A DNA stretch of 64,000 nucleotides. Origin: Promethearchaeota archaeon (GTDB lineage: Archaea > Asgardarchaeota > Thorarchaeia > Thorarchaeales > Thorarchaeaceae). Numbering within the stretch: position 1 is the stretch's first letter; each line of letters starts with the position of its first letter. Shown piece by piece: positions 60,459 through 64,000 of the stretch. The notes under the pieces were generated by a model that was not told the DNA's origin, did no database searches, and was given only the letters and a program-made list of their open reading frames with translations. The position numbers were made by a program, and so were the translations under genes. The stretch lies in assembly GCA_014728035.1 (NCBI GenBank), contig WJMJ01000059.1:128001-192000 (forward strand), read 5' to 3'.

Positions 60459-61130
60459 CTAGTCTCGTGCCCAGAATGAATCATCATCGAGAGAGTCATC
60501 TTCTACTTTGTCATCATCACTCTCTTCTGTATCTTCATCCTTTGGTTCCGATTTTGCTTTTTCAACAAGTTTTGCAAAATCTGCATGAACACGAACTGGA
60601 ATTGTATACGGGCTATCTAATAGCTCTAGGATTAGCTCCTCTTTAGCACTATCTACACGAGATACTTTGGCACGTTCTCCATTGAATGGTCCTGAAATGA
60701 TTTCCACAACATCATCAATGGAAATGCCTTCTGCAGCTGGCTTTGGAACAAGAAACTTATCGATTTCTTCAAGCGTTACCTTTCCGCCAACTCTTCCTCG
60801 TACATGAGGAACTCCAGATATTGCAATCTCTACATCTCTAAACTCTTGTGTTTCGATGAATACATACCCTCTGAGAGTTTCGGGGACTAAGATAGCTTTC
60901 ACTCTTCCCAGAAGCTGATTCTGAGAAACTAAATTTGGTTCTCCATCTTTTCCCTTTTTACATTTCTTCATGTGGGTTTTAGTATCTTTTTTAGTGGAGA
61001 ATTGTTCTTTACAGAAGGGGCACTCCCATACATCGGTTTCACCAATAACTGCTGTTGTGATGAGATCAGTTACTCCTTTCTCTTGACCGATTGTTGTTCG
61101 TACAGCGTAGATACTTGTTCTCGGTGGCAA
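60459..61130 (-). CDS. spt5: Transcription elongation factor Spt5 with inserted CCHC zinc finger
   Basis: IYAVRTTIGQE, LRGYVFIE, KOW VEIISGPFNGERAKV; insert CPFC-x12-H-x3-C. Confidence 0.93.
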   Translation of the reverse strand: MPPRTSIYAVRTTIGQEKGVTDLITTAVIGETDVWECPFCKEQFSTKKDTKTHMKKCKKGKDGEPNLVSQNQLLGRVKAILVPETLRGYVFIETQEFRDVEIAISGVPHVRGRVGGKVTLEEIDKFLVPKPAAEGISIDDVVEIISGPFNGERAKVSRVDSAKEELILELLDSPYTIPVRVHADFAKLVEKAKSEPKDEDTEESDDDKVEDDSLDDDSFWARD

Positions 61131-61181
61131 TTCTTTGCCTCCTATTTTATTATATAGTTGTTAGACTCACTTCGAGTCCTA

Positions 61182-61370
61182 TTATCCTGGAAGCTGACCC
61201 CATTCTGATGTTAGTAGGGTCATTAAGATTTGTATAATGAAGCTGAGCATTCCTACCAGGACCATTGCAAGAAGACTAATCTTAGTGCTTGTCCAAATCT
61301 CTTCTCTGGATGGTTTCTGAGCTAGTTTCAGAATACGTCTGCTGTCATTTATGAAATCGCCAATTCCCAA
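61182..61370 (-). CDS. secE: Protein translocase SecE/Sec61 gamma
   Basis: RILKLAQKPSREE plus one TM; position between ftsZ and spt5. Confidence 0.92.
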   Translation of the reverse strand: MGIGDFINDSRRILKLAQKPSREEIWTSTKISLLAMVLVGMLSFIIQILMTLLTSEWGQLPG

Positions 61371-61459
61371 TATGGTTTCACATCCTAGGTACTACCGACT
61401 CAGTAGTGCCGGAATCATCTTCCATCTTTTCTAGTATGCTTTTAATACTTGCTGAGTGT

Positions 61460-62608
61460 CTATGTCAGTCTTGATAGGCCAAAGTCTGACTCCAAATCCT
61501 CAGCTAATGGGGGGACGGGTTCTGTGCCAGAGTCGAAAACATAGGGAGAATTGACTCCAGAGGCAATTATTGTGACTCGGAGACGGTCTTCTAGTTCTGG
61601 TACTATCAGTGCCCCATATATCACTTCAGCTCCTGGATTTGCCTGCTCTGTAACCAACTCCACCACGCGTTTAGCTTCCATCAGCTGAAGATCAGTACTA
61701 CCACTAACATTCACGAGAATATTTCTTGCATTTTCAATAGATACATCGATGAGAGGATTGCGTAATGCATTGTAGACTGCTTCTTCAGCACGTTCTGGAC
61801 CTTGTCCTTCACCAAGAGCAATAATCGAAACACCTCCGTTCTTCATAGTGGTTCGCACATCTGCAAAATCTAGATTGACCAACCCAGGTTTTGAAATCAA
61901 TTCTGCAATACCCTTCACAGCTCTAACTAAGACTTCATCTGCTACCATGAATGCTTCTGGCATAGAGAGATCTGGAGCAATTTCAAGCAGTTTCTCATTG
62001 GGAATAGCTATTAATGTGTCTACATAGTCCATTAATGAGTTTAGTCCTTTTGTGGCATTTCTTTTTCGAGTCGAACCTTCCACCTCAAAAGGCAAACAAA
62101 CTATAGCTACTGTTAAGGCACCGTTCTCTTTCGCTGCTTTTGCAATTTGTGGTGCAGCTCCTGTTCCGGTTCCTCCTCCCATACCTGCAGCAATGAATAC
62201 AAGGTCCCCTCTAACAATATCTTTGATTACTTCGTAAGTTTCAATTGCTGCTGCTTCGCCAATTTCTGGATTATTTCCTGCACCAAGTCCTCCACACTTT
62301 TCTTTACCTAAGAGCAACTTGTGATGAGCATGACAGAAGTAGAGGTCTTGTGCATCAGTGTTTACTGCAAGAGTTTCAGCACCCTCTACACCTACTTCCA
62401 TCAATCTTGTTATTGCATTATTGCCAGCTCCTCCAACACCAACCACAAGAATTCTCGCACTTACATTTTCTAGCAAGTCAGCAAGTTCTTCATCTGTTGT
62501 CTGTTGACGTGATGTCCTTCTAGTTGGGGTTGATCTAGAAGGGATAGTATCACGTCTGGCACTTGATCCGTTGAGTACTTCTTCGAGTAATGGATGCATT
62601 TGTGTCAC
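61460..62608 (-). CDS. ftsZ: Cell division protein FtsZ
   Basis: GVGGAGNN, NTDAQDL, GMGGGTGTG, NLDFADV. Confidence 0.96.
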   Translation of the reverse strand: MTQMHPLLEEVLNGSSARRDTIPSRSTPTRRTSRQQTTDEELADLLENVSARILVVGVGGAGNNAITRLMEVGVEGAETLAVNTDAQDLYFCHAHHKLLLGKEKCGGLGAGNNPEIGEAAAIETYEVIKDIVRGDLVFIAAGMGGGTGTGAAPQIAKAAKENGALTVAIVCLPFEVEGSTRKRNATKGLNSLMDYVDTLIAIPNEKLLEIAPDLSMPEAFMVADEVLVRAVKGIAELISKPGLVNLDFADVRTTMKNGGVSIIALGEGQGPERAEEAVYNALRNPLIDVSIENARNILVNVSGSTDLQLMEAKRVVELVTEQANPGAEVIYGALIVPELEDRLRVTIIASGVNSPYVFDSGTEPVPPLAEDLESDFGLSRLT

Positions 62609-62697
62609 TCACACCTAAACGTCTGATTTGTTGATGTATTATGCTAACAAAAAGTAGTGTAGTCTTCTGGTTAGTATGTGGGTAATACATGGTCAAA

Positions 62698-63648
62698 TTA
62701 TCGTCTTTTTGAGCCAAAGGTTCTAAGAATTGCTCCAATATCCACATCGAATTTTTTGAGAAGACTAGCGGTTTGATTTAAGGAAGGCTGCCCTCTTTGT
62801 GCACCTGACTCCGTAATAGTAAGAGCAGCCACAGCATTTGCCATATGAAGGGCTTTTTCGATATTCTCTGCACGTGTCCAGGCCGTCACGAACCCAGCTG
62901 CAAATGCATCTCCCGCTCCTAATGTGTCTTTTACGGGCACTTCGAACACTGGCGAAGTATAATATTCAAAACCATCTGTTGCTATAGCACCTTCAGCACC
63001 CAACTTGATAATCACAATACCTGGAAATGATCTAGCTAGAGATATCAAATCAGATTGCTTTGGTTCTAATTTGAAATGCTGTTTGAGTTCACTTCTATTG
63101 AGGAATAAAAGGTCTGTATGTGGTAAGACCTTTGAAAAATCAATTCGGTCCCCTGTTCTGCCGGGGTCAAGCGAAAACACAATACCATTAGTGGTTGCTA
63201 TTTTCATTGCTTGATTTGCCATTTGTTGAAATCCTCCAGCAACATGGATTACTCGAGCTCGAATAATTGAGTCCATGTCAAGAATACTTTGATTCAGAAA
63301 TCTGTTAGCACCCGGTTGACTGATTACAAAAGACTCGTTCTGTTTGGACCGAACCAACATAAAGACTCCTGTTGGTTGGTTTTCTAATACTAGAATTGAT
63401 TTGGTTTCAATACCCATCTTGGCTATTTCTTTGAGTGCTATTTGTCCGTAGACATCATCACCAATACAACTTACCAAACCTGACTTTATTCCAAGTTTTG
63501 CTAACTGCATTACAAAATTTGCGGCTGATCCTCCAAATGAGATTTGGCCATCATGTCCTATTATGTGGTCGGATTTTTTGGGTAGTTTTTCAATATCTAT
63601 TGTTATATCAATATTGATTCTGCCTATCCCAATTACTTCTACGGACAA
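62698..63648 (-). CDS. PfkB-family carbohydrate kinase
   Basis: GGSAAN, GDDVYG, NRSE, DTLGAGDAFAAG. Confidence 0.92.
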   Translation of the reverse strand: MSVEVIGIGRINIDITIDIEKLPKKSDHIIGHDGQISFGGSAANFVMQLAKLGIKSGLVSCIGDDVYGQIALKEIAKMGIETKSILVLENQPTGVFMLVRSKQNESFVISQPGANRFLNQSILDMDSIIRARVIHVAGGFQQMANQAMKIATTNGIVFSLDPGRTGDRIDFSKVLPHTDLLFLNRSELKQHFKLEPKQSDLISLARSFPGIVIIKLGAEGAIATDGFEYYTSPVFEVPVKDTLGAGDAFAAGFVTAWTRAENIEKALHMANAVAALTITESGAQRGQPSLNQTASLLKKFDVDIGAILRTFGSKRR

Positions 63649-63660
63649 ACTATGCGCCTC

Positions 63661-64000
63661 TTAGATTGTAAGAACCATTATCGCTTTTTGAGCATGGAGC
63701 CGGTTCTCAGCCTCATCAAATACCACACTATGTTTGCCATCCATCACACTATCTGTTATCTCTTCATTTCTGTGAGCAGGTAAGCAATGCATCACAATCA
63801 CATCTTGTTTTGCCGATGCAACTAATTGGTCATTTACTTGAAATGGCATCAATGCATCTTCTTTTTTCTCATCTCTTTCTTGACCCATACTGAAGAAGGT
63901 ATCCGTATAGATTACATCCGCATCCGCAACAGCAGCATGTGGGTCGTTCTCAATAGCAATTGTGGTGTTATACCTTTCACTGAGCTCGTTGGCCTTTTTC
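63661..64000 (-). CDS. argF: Ornithine carbamoyltransferase, C-terminal part (runs off window)
   Basis: DVIYTDTFFSMGQE, MHCLPAHRNEEIT, EAENRLHAQKA. Confidence 0.93.
   Translation of the reverse strand, partial: KKANELSERYNTTIAIENDPHAAVADADVIYTDTFFSMGQERDEKKEDALMPFQVNDQLVASAKQDVIVMHCLPAHRNEEITDSVMDGKHSVVFDEAENRLHAQKAIMVLTI

Noticed and set aside
1-64000. CRISPR array, rRNA, RNase P RNA or SRP RNA
   Set aside because: No regularly spaced repeats or hallmark motifs seen by eye

Overview
Archaeal chromosomal window, most likely from an Asgard archaeon (Thorarchaeota-like by inference). The evidence is the archaeal information-processing genes plus a ribophorin-I-like protein and an EMC6-like membrane protein. 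It is densely coding and mostly housekeeping: SdhA/FrdA fragment and class I fumarase, RqcH, PyrC, NadC, an orphan A/V-ATPase B subunit, GlmU, Hef, DeoC, CDC48, EF-1beta, FEN1, RPA, aIF2beta, the NMD3-aIF1A-RIO1-KH-TopoVI cluster, AglH, GcvP, ThiL, four tRNAs (tRNA-Gln with a BHB intron) and the ftsZ-secE-spt5-rpl11-rpl1-rpl10-rpl12 cluster. The best candidate for an undescribed system is a compact cassette at 12960-15546. It holds a DpdA-type transglycosylase with no PUA domain and a C-terminal PCNA-interaction-like motif, a divergent DpdC/YaaA-like gene, and a stand-alone ArcS-core (DUF5591-like) gene, with no DpdB or restriction genes nearby. This suggests replication-coupled 7-deazaguanine modification of cellular DNA, possibly dG+ or dADG. 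Other notable items: a DOMON/FKBP/Ig/ribophorin-I fusion divergent from aglH, a trm112 stop codon overlapping nt 1-2 of tRNA-Gln, a CCHC zinc finger inserted in Spt5, candidate structured RNAs and unannotated small ORFs. All family assignments come from motif recognition by eye; no database searches were run.
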